Virus record (IMG/VR): IMGVR_UViG_3300049489_000321
Coordinates: 83,531 to 147,530 of that record
Source: a virus
Direction: 5' to 3' (one strand)
DNA: 64,000 nt
Below are positions 9,738 to 19,398 of this stretch, one piece after another. How positions within the stretch are numbered: the stretch's first letter is position 1; every line of letters begins with the position of its first letter. A program made the position numbers and the translations under genes. The notes beneath the pieces were generated by a model that was given only the letters and a program-made list of their open reading frames with translations, searched no databases and had not been told where the DNA came from.

Positions 9738-12242
9738 ATGTCTAAGAAAAACAATTGGTTACCAAACGTACGTGTAGATATAGTTGACATGAATCAAGCT
9801 TCTTGGGGCTACCTAGATTCTACTCAACAAGAATTATTAAATTCAGTTTTAAAAGACGATTATTCTCGTGTTTTAGATGGCTTTAGAATACAGATAGCAG
9901 ATCAGGGAAGTTTCCCTGGCGTATTCACTGTATACAACGGTTCGTCCGTAGACCATGATGGTGTGTTTGTTTCTAACAAAGAAGATCTAGACGCACAACG
10001 TTCTTCTACTATAACCGCTGACGCTACGTACTACATAGAAATAGAGCATCTAGAAACTCCCAGTGACACCGACGTGCGTGGTGTGTGGGATCCGTCTTAT
10101 GATAACGGATTAGACGATTCAGGTGATCAGCTACCACCTGGTAGAGAGTTTATACAAAATGTATCCACTAGAATTACAAAAGATTGGAAAATAGTAACTC
10201 CAATTTCTACGTCTGGTTTCGAGCTATCTACTAATCCTGATAGTACGAAGATTCCATTAGCTATACTGGTAGTTTCTGGCGGCGCAATCACAGGTGTAAC
10301 CACTTCTCCAGCCAGAACCTGTTTACTAGAGTCCGTGTTAGCCGGTGCTACTACTTTGAAGATGGTTAACACAAAGTTAATGCCGGATTCGTTTACTGCT
10401 ACGCTAGACATAGGTGGTCCTAATCAAGAAACGGTGTCAATCACTGCCAACGATCGTGTAAACAACCTGCTAACGGTTAGTGGCGGCGGCGTTGCCAACA
10501 ACCAAGCCGCTGGTGTTAGGCTTGCGGTAGCCGGCGTGTCACCAGCACAATTTCTTGTTGAGCGTACGGCAACTCTGCCTTATCTAGAAGACACATCCGG
10601 AGACGCCAGATTACGTATATGGCAGGGCAATGAAGACCGTGGTTATGTTCTAGGACAAGATCCTTCCGTTACTACAGGAAATTCAGATTCTCAGATTGCT
10701 AGTTTAAAAGATCGGGTAGATTTTCTTGCCGCTCAAATAAGAGAACTAAAGTTTGGTGCGCAACGCACTGATGATCTAGGTAGAATAGCCCCACCAAATT
10801 CATATAACGCTTCTCCGAGGTATTTTGACAGCGTACCAGGACTAGTAGGTGCGAAAGCGTTTTCTATCACCATTGGTGATGGAGTCACTCAATGGGGTGA
10901 TTTTAACAGAACGTCTTACGCTAGCGATGATTTGTTATTAGCAGACGCCATTGCTGCTTTGCCCGCTGATGGTGGAACTGTTTTTATTAAACAGGGTGTA
11001 GTTTTAGATAATTTTGCTGCTACCGTCGATGTTCCCGCAGATACTAAAGTATTGTTCAAATCAGAAAATTTTAGAAACACCTCCGTGGTAAACATTGATT
11101 GTACTGATGTTAGTCCTCTTTTTAATTGCTTAACCGCTAATACTACTGGATTTATTGGTTTCGAAAACATAACCATAAACACAGACAACGCCGCAACATC
11201 GGTGGTTGTTCTAAGAGATAACTGGGATTTATATGTAAGCGGATCGGCAATTGTTGCTGATGGCGAAGGTTCTAACGCTGTTATAGACTACACGAATGTA
11301 ACCACAACTACAGGAAGAACTACAATTCAACACAGTAGCTTTGATGTTACGTCTGACGGAACGACTACAACCAACGGTAGAGCGTTTATTGATGCCGACA
11401 ATTCACCGTTTAGTAATATAACGATATATGATTGTGATTTTGTATTTGAAAACACGCTTGGGTCTGGTTGCTTGGACACGTTAATTCAAAGTACAGAGTT
11501 GCGTGAAAACGTTAGACTCCTTAATTGCCACTTTGACATTACAGGAGACGATACCGTAGGTATTCGATTAGCAAGCAGTGTGGACTCTGGTGATACTTCA
11601 AGAGGAAGAGTAATACAAGGATGCTCTCACGTACGCAGTGGTTCCGATATCGCGTTTATTTCCTCTTCTCTGGTTACTTTAAACCGTATACATAACCACT
11701 ATAGCTCGGTTGGAAGTACTACTGATAGAGTAGTTGCCGACACAGATTTTGCTGCTAATGTTGACGTTGCTGGTAATCTAACCATGGCTATTAACCAAGA
11801 CATAGAAGTCAGCGGAACCGGGCTATATAAGCACGGTAGTAGATTAATGATGATTAGTCCTGTTGGCGGTTCACACAGTGGAGGAGGCACTGCAACCAGC
11901 TCCGCAGGTCAAATAACTTTAACTGACGCCACAGGTATTTGGTATGTTCCCCTTCATTTACAAGTTGGCTGGGAAGTAGAGTCTGTTTCTGTTTACCTAG
12001 AGCCTGCAGGGTCTAGTACTAAAACTCTTCGCGTCAGAAAAATAATAGAAGACGGAACAGCCACAAGTGCGGCGGTTAGAGTTTTGACTTCATCTACTGA
12101 GAGTGATTATCAAATAACACAAGGAGTTGGTACTGGTATACCGTTTATTGTAGAGGATGATGCTTCATATTGTATTGCTTTTGAAGCAGGTGACAATGGT
12201 GATATAATTCGTATTATTAAAGTGGTTTATAATCAACCGTAA
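9738..12242 (+). CDS. Tail fiber / receptor-binding protein
   Basis: 834 aa downstream of the baseplate genes; 'LADAIAALPADGGTVFIKQG' marks the start of a beta-helix-type region. Confidence 0.6.
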   Translation: MSKKNNWLPNVRVDIVDMNQASWGYLDSTQQELLNSVLKDDYSRVLDGFRIQIADQGSFPGVFTVYNGSSVDHDGVFVSNKEDLDAQRSSTITADATYYIEIEHLETPSDTDVRGVWDPSYDNGLDDSGDQLPPGREFIQNVSTRITKDWKIVTPISTSGFELSTNPDSTKIPLAILVVSGGAITGVTTSPARTCLLESVLAGATTLKMVNTKLMPDSFTATLDIGGPNQETVSITANDRVNNLLTVSGGGVANNQAAGVRLAVAGVSPAQFLVERTATLPYLEDTSGDARLRIWQGNEDRGYVLGQDPSVTTGNSDSQIASLKDRVDFLAAQIRELKFGAQRTDDLGRIAPPNSYNASPRYFDSVPGLVGAKAFSITIGDGVTQWGDFNRTSYASDDLLLADAIAALPADGGTVFIKQGVVLDNFAATVDVPADTKVLFKSENFRNTSVVNIDCTDVSPLFNCLTANTTGFIGFENITINTDNAATSVVVLRDNWDLYVSGSAIVADGEGSNAVIDYTNVTTTTGRTTIQHSSFDVTSDGTTTTNGRAFIDADNSPFSNITIYDCDFVFENTLGSGCLDTLIQSTELRENVRLLNCHFDITGDDTVGIRLASSVDSGDTSRGRVIQGCSHVRSGSDIAFISSSLVTLNRIHNHYSSVGSTTDRVVADTDFAANVDVAGNLTMAINQDIEVSGTGLYKHGSRLMMISPVGGSHSGGGTATSSAGQITLTDATGIWYVPLHLQVGWEVESVSVYLEPAGSSTKTLRVRKIIEDGTATSAAVRVLTSSTESDYQITQGVGTGIPFIVEDDASYCIAFEAGDNGDIIRIIKVVYNQP

Positions 12243-12257
12243 TTAAAGGAGAAATAC

Positions 12258-12707
12258 ATGAGTAAGAAATTTATAGGAATTTGTTCAACTGTTATTTTAC
12301 TAGGAATGGGTCTATTTACGTTTAGCTATGCGCAAACAGATCCTGCTTCCATGGATATTGGCGGTCTTTTTGCGTTCATCCTAGAGAAGCTTAAGTTAAG
12401 TCAATGGCTTGCTGCGTTTGGCGCTGTTCTAGTTGGCGCTGTTTGGCTACTTCGTGGACTAATTGCTCCAAGAGTCAAGTGGTTTGGTAGCAAGTTGGGT
12501 GGTTGGGTACTCTCGTTCCTAACTGCTGTTGCTTTAGCTGCGGGAACGGCACTAATGGCGGGCGGATCAGTTTCTGTTGGTCTACTAATGTCTGCTGTTT
12601 CTGCTGCTTTTGTTGCTGCTGGAGGTTGGGAAGGTGTTTCCGATCTTCTTGCTGCTAAAGAAGCCGCCAAAGCCCCTGTTGCCGTAGCCAGAAGAACTAA
12701 GAAATAA
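12258..12707 (+). CDS. Multi-pass membrane protein, holin-like
   Basis: Several hydrophobic segments, basic C-terminus (ARRTKK), SD AAGGAG. Confidence 0.5.
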   Translation: MSKKFIGICSTVILLGMGLFTFSYAQTDPASMDIGGLFAFILEKLKLSQWLAAFGAVLVGAVWLLRGLIAPRVKWFGSKLGGWVLSFLTAVALAAGTALMAGGSVSVGLLMSAVSAAFVAAGGWEGVSDLLAAKEAAKAPVAVARRTKK

Positions 12708-12728
12708 TAAGACTAGGAGATAAGGTAA

Positions 12729-13655
12729 ATGCTTCAAAAACTAGGCGCGGTATCGTACTGGTATCCAGGCGCAAAATGGGACTTGTTACTTGCGGAAGGC
12801 GACATTCAGGACATTTATCTTATCAATCCCAACTCTGGCCCAGGATACGGTACTTCGTTTGACGTAGGTAGTTCTAACCACGCTGCCTACTCAACGTACA
12901 TAAACAAAGCCAGATCAGCCGGGCACATGGTTATTGCGTATGTAACCACTAATTACCACGATAAAAATGGCGTTCAAAGTGACGGTATAAAGAGAGATCC
13001 GCTTAATATAGCGAACGTATTTAAGGAAATAGACGTTTATTACACTCGTTTTCCGGGAATGATTGACGGGATTTTCTTTGACGAGATGTCGCCTACTGGC
13101 GACGCCGTAGACATAGATTATTACACCAAGATTTTCAACTACATGCAGACTAAGCCTGGCAAACACTATGTAGTACAAAATCCAGGCGGTAACTTTCCTG
13201 AGGGCATGATTAACGTTGCAGATACGTTTATGTCGTTTGAAAATACCTATTCTTCGTACCTTACGTATACTCCACCGACATGGCAAGCGAAGTACCCTGC
13301 TAACAAGTTTTGGCACGTAGCACACACTTGTCCTGCTACGGAAATGAAAAACGCTGTTGCTCTTTCTAGAAAGCGCAATGCAGGTAGATTCTATTGTACT
13401 GAACTAGTTATGCCAAATCCTTATTCTGCTCCAACGACATATTTGAAGGGCGAGGCAGCCGAACTTAGGGCACTTAATGCGTTGGAAAACCCAGTCGTTG
13501 TACCTGCGCCAGAACCTGTTCCTCCTGTCGTGACTATAGAGCCTGTAACGACTACTATGACAGTCCAGATGCCGATTACGATAACTGTGGGAGTTTCGCC
13601 TACACCGGTGTCGGTAGAAATGGTTGTGCCTGTAACCATTACTATTACTAAGTAG
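12729..13655 (+). CDS. Spherulin-4 family (GH135) glycoside hydrolase with Pro/Thr/Val-rich C-terminal tail
   Basis: Motifs INPNSGPG, AYVTTNY, DGIFFDE, VQNPG, ADTFMSFE and NPY in the expected order. Confidence 0.85.
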   Translation: MLQKLGAVSYWYPGAKWDLLLAEGDIQDIYLINPNSGPGYGTSFDVGSSNHAAYSTYINKARSAGHMVIAYVTTNYHDKNGVQSDGIKRDPLNIANVFKEIDVYYTRFPGMIDGIFFDEMSPTGDAVDIDYYTKIFNYMQTKPGKHYVVQNPGGNFPEGMINVADTFMSFENTYSSYLTYTPPTWQAKYPANKFWHVAHTCPATEMKNAVALSRKRNAGRFYCTELVMPNPYSAPTTYLKGEAAELRALNALENPVVVPAPEPVPPVVTIEPVTTTMTVQMPITITVGVSPTPVSVEMVVPVTITITK

Positions 13656-13659
13656 ACAA

Positions 13660-15021
13660 GTGCCCGCTCTGATTACAAATTCTGGCGCGGCTTTAAAAAC
13701 CGCAAGTACCACTGCGTCACCCACCATGCCTACTGGGCTGAGGATTGGTGACGTGTTGTTAATGCACGCCAATGTATCGAGCGGAACTATCACAATATCC
13801 AACAATGCTACAGGCTGGGAGGAATTGTCTCACTTAAGCCAAGCTCTTACCAACGTTGTCGAGAGCTACGTATGGGCCATTAGAGTTACTGATATAGGCA
13901 TGCTAGGACCAGAGCTTACTCGTACAGGCGGTGACTACATGATTGCTAGGATATGGGTGGTTAGCAGTGTCAACGGTACCACAGCAACAGACGGTATTGT
14001 CGGATCCAGAAACACTTTGTCTGGTGGCAGTGTATTTACTTTGTCACACACAACGTTTAATACTACCGAGGATGACGCCACAATCGTGTATATAGGACAG
14101 ACTGGTTTTGACGGCACGGGATCCGATATGTCTAATGACGTTGATGACTCTGCGTCTAACGTTCTAGGGGCAGCGGTGCTGGCATACGACGGAACCACAA
14201 CCGGAAATGGCGGTGGCTACACGGTCGCACAAGGATACCTTCGCACTGCAGGAGCCACAGGTCAGCTTGATTGGATGCACGGATCTGCAAAAAGTTGGTG
14301 TAAACACGCTTTCGCGTTTCAGGGCACGGTACAAAACGCGGTGGCACCTGTAATAACAGAAGTAACAATCGAAGGTGCGATAGATTACAACGATCCGATA
14401 GAAGTGGGTGCGGTGGATGACGTATCACTTTCGTCTGTAATAATAACTGCTACATACGGAGCAGACTACGTAGGAGGAGCGATTACGGAGACTGTGTACG
14501 ACGGTACGGCATTTTCTACCGCGTTTTTGACAGACTCCACGGTTACAGGAACTTTGGTGGCTGGTCTGGACTTTTATCTTGATCGAGATGGCGGGTGGCC
14601 GTCAGAGGATGTGGACATAAACGTAATAGCCGTTGATGCACAAGGTAACGTCGCTACCGATACGTTTACGTACACTACAAACTTTGTGCCTGTTCCGATT
14701 GATGCTGTACCACCTACGATAACTAACTTTGTACCACCAATCAACACTGATTTAGATAAAATGGAGCCAATTCAGTTTGATGTACTTGATGATCTGGCAT
14801 TAGGTAGGATATTATTAGAAATATCGTTTCTAGGAATAGACATGCCTGAGCCGATATACAATGGTAATGGGTTTACTGCTAATTACTCTAACGGAGAAAA
14901 CAGTGTTACACCAATATCTGGTGGATTTAGATTTACGGTATTGCGTAACGGTGGGTGGCCTTCTACACAAATAACGGTTACTCCATACGCACACGATACT
15001 AGTGGAAACGAGAACACATAA
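13660..15021 (+). CDS. Virion structural protein with duplicated C-terminal beta domain
   Basis: Two copies of P.IT...DD..L...E..Y.G..F...R(D/N)GGWPS. Confidence 0.6.
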   Translation: MPALITNSGAALKTASTTASPTMPTGLRIGDVLLMHANVSSGTITISNNATGWEELSHLSQALTNVVESYVWAIRVTDIGMLGPELTRTGGDYMIARIWVVSSVNGTTATDGIVGSRNTLSGGSVFTLSHTTFNTTEDDATIVYIGQTGFDGTGSDMSNDVDDSASNVLGAAVLAYDGTTTGNGGGYTVAQGYLRTAGATGQLDWMHGSAKSWCKHAFAFQGTVQNAVAPVITEVTIEGAIDYNDPIEVGAVDDVSLSSVIITATYGADYVGGAITETVYDGTAFSTAFLTDSTVTGTLVAGLDFYLDRDGGWPSEDVDINVIAVDAQGNVATDTFTYTTNFVPVPIDAVPPTITNFVPPINTDLDKMEPIQFDVLDDLALGRILLEISFLGIDMPEPIYNGNGFTANYSNGENSVTPISGGFRFTVLRNGGWPSTQITVTPYAHDTSGNENT

Positions 15022-15024
15022 AAC

Positions 15025-15579
15025 ATGCCGGCACCAACGTCATATACTTGGGGAGTAGTACCGGGAGCAGATCCGCCAGAGCCTCCTCCGCCTCCTACAG
15101 TACCCGAAGAAACTGATGCAACTGTATCTAGCGTAGTGGTCGTAGCGCATGACATGGTGCAAGTATTTTTTAATATTCCAATGTTATCCAATAGTGCTAT
15201 GGCACTAAAGACAAACTATACCGTCATTCCACAAGGAGATGGGATCCCTGTAAACGTCGATAAAGTATTAGTACCAAAAGGAACCGTAGTAGACTACGTA
15301 CAGCTTGTTATCACTGATTTTAGTATAGGTGAAGAATATTTGGTAGTAGCAGAAAACCTAACTACACCGCAAGGTAACCCTATTTCTGAATTTAATGCAG
15401 CGCCCTTTATTGGCCGCCGAACAAAAGTCGATGCCATGATGGACAACATGCCCGCTATTTATGATTTAACGCCAACTTCGACGTTAAGAATGTTATTTAA
15501 TGCAATCGGAATGATGGATGACTTGATCGGCGGCAGCAGGAATGATACTCTAGTTGGAAGCATAGATCCAGACGCGTAA
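15025..15579 (+). CDS. Hypothetical structural protein
   Basis: Pro-rich N-terminus and Ig-like strand pattern; tightly coupled in the operon. Confidence 0.55.
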   Translation: MPAPTSYTWGVVPGADPPEPPPPPTVPEETDATVSSVVVVAHDMVQVFFNIPMLSNSAMALKTNYTVIPQGDGIPVNVDKVLVPKGTVVDYVQLVITDFSIGEEYLVVAENLTTPQGNPISEFNAAPFIGRRTKVDAMMDNMPAIYDLTPTSTLRMLFNAIGMMDDLIGGSRNDTLVGSIDPDA

Positions 15580-15580
15580 A

Positions 15581-16000
15581 ATGAGTGTTAAAGATTCAAT
15601 AGTAGGATGGTTAGCTACGCTAAAAAGCAAAGCCAACTCGTCAAGTGCCATAAAGAAGTGGATTCTTTATATGGTTGTAGCTATTGTTGCATTTTTTGCA
15701 CTTGCATGGTTGTCTAATAGAGCGTTTCGTCAGTGGCGTGAACTTGCTGAATTAAAGCATAAAATGGATGTTCTTAAAGAAGAGAAACACCAAGCTGAGG
15801 TAGCAAAGAAAAGCGCGCAAATTAAAGAAAAGATCGATGAACTTGACGTTTCCATTCAGCGTAAGCAAGCTGAAATTGATTTAGTTGACGATAGTATTAG
15901 AAGTTTAAATGAAAAATGGGAGTTAGAACGTGAAAAAATCACTGCACTCAATGACTGGGATAGCTTGGATCAGTACGTTCGTGATACTGAGTCTAAGTAG
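15581..16000 (+). CDS. Membrane-anchored coiled-coil protein (i-spanin-like)
   Basis: One N-terminal TM segment followed by a long coiled coil; overlaps the next ORF. Confidence 0.5.
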   Translation: MSVKDSIVGWLATLKSKANSSSAIKKWILYMVVAIVAFFALAWLSNRAFRQWRELAELKHKMDVLKEEKHQAEVAKKSAQIKEKIDELDVSIQRKQAEIDLVDDSIRSLNEKWELEREKITALNDWDSLDQYVRDTESK

Positions 16001-16388
16001 TGCTGCACTAGCTAATCCTTTCCCGCCAAGTCAGCGGAAAAACTTTGATGGTCAAACGTATCAGTGTTTTGACTTTGAAGGCTATAAATCTTTAGTCATT
16101 ACGCACCAAGAGTTAGAGAAAACTATAGACGAAGTTGATCTGCTTGAAGAAAAAAACCAACTACTTACAGATCAAGTAGTTAATCTACAAGAGATCCGTA
16201 AGCTAAACGAAGAAAAGATCGAACTTTTCCAGACGGAAAACGAACGCCTGTACAAGCTGTGGCAAGAAGAAAATAAGAAACGACATTTGGCTGAAGAACG
16301 TCCTACGTTTAACTGGTTGGCGTGGACCGCCGCAGGTACATTTGCCACTAGTACGCTGGTTCTATCTTTGGTACTGATCGCTAATTAA
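15930..16388 (+). CDS. Secreted coiled-coil protein with C-terminal TM (spanin-partner-like)
   Basis: Signal peptide (..SSAALA|NPF), coiled coil, C-terminal hydrophobic helix; start may be ATG 15951. Confidence 0.45.
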   Translation: MKKSLHSMTGIAWISTFVILSLSSAALANPFPPSQRKNFDGQTYQCFDFEGYKSLVITHQELEKTIDEVDLLEEKNQLLTDQVVNLQEIRKLNEEKIELFQTENERLYKLWQEENKKRHLAEERPTFNWLAWTAAGTFATSTLVLSLVLIAN

Positions 16389-16389
16389 C

Positions 16390-16824
16390 ATGGGATACGT
16401 TTTGGAGCTAAAGAGCCCCAAAACTGGGGATTCCGCGATCTTTATTAAATTAAAGGAGGTCTACCCAGAATGCCTGCATTTGATTTCAGATGAAGAACAG
16501 CTGCATCCTTTGATATGTCTTAAGAGTACTTGCCACAGAAATTTTAATTGCATGAGTACCCTAGCTAATAGGGTAAAATATATATTTGATACATTCGTTA
16601 ATGCTAGATTGTTGTTTCTTTACTTTAGCTACAGGGATTTTCCTAACAAACAGCGCGCTGGTATATTTACTAAAGAACTAGACGAACCAAGATATATTAC
16701 GTTTAATTTACATGCGTGGGAAAAGGTTAAGTCTTTGTCTACTATCTACGAATGGTCTTTACCTGATTCTGTGTTTTTGGCTAGTTCGGCTAATTTAGTG
16801 CAAATTGGTAAAAAGAATGGGTAA
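16390..16824 (+). CDS. Hypothetical protein
   Basis: 144-aa ORF tiling the operon; Cys/His cluster. Confidence 0.55.
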   Translation: MGYVLELKSPKTGDSAIFIKLKEVYPECLHLISDEEQLHPLICLKSTCHRNFNCMSTLANRVKYIFDTFVNARLLFLYFSYRDFPNKQRAGIFTKELDEPRYITFNLHAWEKVKSLSTIYEWSLPDSVFLASSANLVQIGKKNG

Positions 16825-18238
16825 ATGCAAAATAACCATTAAAAATAATGTAGCGTACATTACTGGTGACTACGACACAGAAGTTGTAAAGAACGTAACT
16901 AGCTACCCTGTTGCGGGTGCTTTTTTTTCTCCGTTATTTAAGCGTAAGCTGTGGGATGGGCGTAGCCACACTTTTAGCAAGAAAACAAAGTCCTTTCCCT
17001 TCGGCCTAACAAACGTCGTTGTAGAGGCGCTTAACGGCGTAGGTACGGAGGTAGAGGTGGTTGACGAGACGGAGTGGCCGGAAGTATCTAACAACGGCTT
17101 CGATCTACACACCATTGAGTTTGGTAAGGGAAGATACGACTACCAATTAGAGGCTGCAAAAACGTTTGTAGAAAAGCGTCGTGGAATACTTAAGATAGCG
17201 ACCAATGGGGGCAAAAGCGCAATCGCCGCTGCTATTACGCACCATCTTAATATTCCTACACTTTTCATCGTTCCCGGTATTGATCTTTTATACCAAACGA
17301 GAGCTATGTTTGCGAAATATTTAGACGTTGACGTAGAAACGCTTGGAATAATTGGTGATGGTAACTGTGTTTACGGAGACTGGATTACTTTCGCAGTAAT
17401 AGATAGCTTAGCGTCTAAGGTAGATAACGAAGACGAAGAATTCCTTAAAATTAAGGACACTTGGCAACTGTTGTTCACTGACGAAGCACATACCAGTGCC
17501 AGCGAAACCGCGTTTTCTACTTTATCAAAGATTCCGGCACCTTATCGTTGTGGAATATCTGGTACCCCGTATTCAAGGTCAGATGGAGCTAGTCTTCGCC
17601 TTACAGGACAAACTGGCGACATTATTTATGAAATAAAGAACAAAACACTAGTAGAACGCGGGATATCTGTACAGCCTCACCTACACATACTTACACATAA
17701 AGAACCTATACTTCCTAAAGGCTCGGCATGGGCTACCGTATTAGATAGAGGTATTGTAAACAACGAATCTTTAAATAGAAAGTTAGTTTATTACGCACAC
17801 GAACACATTAAAGAAGGTGCGCAATGCATATTCATGGTAGACAAAATCGCACAAGGTAATAATATACTTAGGATTATCAATAGTTTAAAACCAGATTACG
17901 AATGCTTCTTTATGAGAGGCGACTTGTCTTCGGATGAGCGCAAGCAGTGTTTAGCAGACTTCTCTTCTGGTAAAATACGCGTAATTATAGGTACTAGCGT
18001 TATGTCTACTGGTATCGATTTGTCGAACATAGACATGGTAGTGCTCTGCGGCGGAGGAAAAGCCACTATTCCCCAGCTACAAAGGATAGGGCGCGGACTA
18101 CGCTCAGGCAGAGGTAGAGATAAGTGTATAATTGTGGATTTTATGAGTTTTTCACATAAACACCTTATTAAACACTCACAAGCACGCTTAAAAACATATA
18201 AAGAAGAAGATTGCTTTAATATAAGTGTCGTTGATTAG
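16817..18238 (+). CDS. Superfamily 2 DEAH helicase (UvsW-like)
   Basis: Walker A ATNGGKS, DEAH, SGT, QRIGRGLR. Confidence 0.9.
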   Translation: MGKCKITIKNNVAYITGDYDTEVVKNVTSYPVAGAFFSPLFKRKLWDGRSHTFSKKTKSFPFGLTNVVVEALNGVGTEVEVVDETEWPEVSNNGFDLHTIEFGKGRYDYQLEAAKTFVEKRRGILKIATNGGKSAIAAAITHHLNIPTLFIVPGIDLLYQTRAMFAKYLDVDVETLGIIGDGNCVYGDWITFAVIDSLASKVDNEDEEFLKIKDTWQLLFTDEAHTSASETAFSTLSKIPAPYRCGISGTPYSRSDGASLRLTGQTGDIIYEIKNKTLVERGISVQPHLHILTHKEPILPKGSAWATVLDRGIVNNESLNRKLVYYAHEHIKEGAQCIFMVDKIAQGNNILRIINSLKPDYECFFMRGDLSSDERKQCLADFSSGKIRVIIGTSVMSTGIDLSNIDMVVLCGGGKATIPQLQRIGRGLRSGRGRDKCIIVDFMSFSHKHLIKHSQARLKTYKEEDCFNISVVD

Positions 18239-18247
18239 TGGTATAAT
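18224..18247 (+). promoter_or_regulatory. Putative middle-type promoter AGTGTCR-N11-TAYAAT (copy 1)
   Basis: AGTGTCG-11 nt-TATAAT, 8 nt before GTG 18256. Confidence 0.55.
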
Positions 18248-18255
18248 TGTAATGA

Positions 18256-18687
18256 GTGGTACTAAAACTCATAAAGAAAGACAACTGGGTTAAGTTCAAG
18301 CCCTGTTCAAGTTCATTTTCGAACCTGATCCGATCCGCTATTAAGCCGGTTAGCTATCGAAAGTTTGAAAATGAAACAGGCTATTGGTTTGTGCATAAAG
18401 ATCAGTTGTTGTCACTAATTGGATTGTCAAAGAAGTTTTACGAATCAGTAGACACTTCAGAAACTCCAGCGGAGTGGTTGATGGTTAAGAACGAAAAACA
18501 AACAGAAATCGATTCTCCGTATTCTAAATTATTTTTAACACACAAAGCACCGATAGAACTAGTAAAATTAGTTTACGAAAAATTGGTTACTACGTACCAT
18601 CCTGATCATAATGAAGGTGTTGGAGATTCAGAAAGATTGCAAGAAGTAATCAAAGCTTACAGAGAAATTTGCAGGTCGAAACTGTAG
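18256..18687 (+). CDS. J-domain (DnaJ-like) protein with HARP-like N-terminus
   Basis: C-terminal 'YHPDHN...LQEVIKAYREI' with the HPD motif; N-terminal 'RKFENETGYWFV'. Confidence 0.75.
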   Translation: MVLKLIKKDNWVKFKPCSSSFSNLIRSAIKPVSYRKFENETGYWFVHKDQLLSLIGLSKKFYESVDTSETPAEWLMVKNEKQTEIDSPYSKLFLTHKAPIELVKLVYEKLVTTYHPDHNEGVGDSERLQEVIKAYREICRSKL

Positions 18688-18694
18688 TCTGATC

Positions 18695-18723
18695 TTGACC
18701 AAAACGCTCATTGGGAGTAAACT
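18695..18723 (+). promoter_or_regulatory. Sigma70-like promoter
   Basis: TTGACC-17 nt-TAAACT in an intergenic gap. Confidence 0.55.
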
Positions 18724-18736
18724 AGTTAGTACAAAT

Positions 18737-18761
18737 CGCCAAGGAAAGCCTTGGCGTTTTT
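18737..18761 (+). terminator. Rho-independent terminator-like hairpin
   Basis: CGCCAAGG-AAAG-CCTTGGCG followed by TTTTT. Confidence 0.7.
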
Positions 18762-18768
18762 CTTATTT

Positions 18769-19395
18769 ATGCCAAAAATTTCTGCAAAACAACGAACAAC
18801 AACAAACCAACAAAAAGCCAAAGAAGTAGTAAACACTAAATCAGTAAAACAATTTTCAGAAGAAGAACTTAAAGCAAACGAAATGGCACAGGTGTATGAA
18901 AAAGCACTTGGCATTTATAAGAACAAGCCTGCCCTTAGATATTTAAAAGGTTTTGTAAGACAAGACACAACGTCGTTTAAGACGTGGTTGCGCGCTGCAA
19001 CTTTTGCGGAAGAATTAGAAGTAGACTATCCGACGTACATAACCGCACAGTTTTACTACATCGATAAATGGTACAGTCGTGCGCCTAAAGTACATGAGAT
19101 AGCTAGTTTTAAAAGTAATAATAACGCCAAGCACAGAGTCATGCTATACGTTGCAGAGCGTACTCATGATAGGTATGTGGTAGGACCTGTTGATGGGCGA
19201 CGATCAGAGTCTGTTGTAGTTGACACTGGTGCGTCGGAGCGCAATCTAAGAGATTTAGCACGTAATTTTAAAAAGTCTGAAGAAGAGATTTTGCGCGTGT
19301 TTGGTAAGCCGGGCGTTCGTGAGATCTATTTCGACTATAATTGGTTGCAAAGCAACGTGATATTTAAGAAACTAACAGAATTGGGAGAACTATAG
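18769..19395 (+). CDS. Hypothetical protein (replication module)
   Basis: Long ORF; ATG 18769 preferred because TTG 18751 lies inside the hairpin. Confidence 0.6.
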   Translation: MPKISAKQRTTTNQQKAKEVVNTKSVKQFSEEELKANEMAQVYEKALGIYKNKPALRYLKGFVRQDTTSFKTWLRAATFAEELEVDYPTYITAQFYYIDKWYSRAPKVHEIASFKSNNNAKHRVMLYVAERTHDRYVVGPVDGRRSESVVVDTGASERNLRDLARNFKKSEEEILRVFGKPGVREIYFDYNWLQSNVIFKKLTELGEL

Positions 19396-19398
19396 ACC

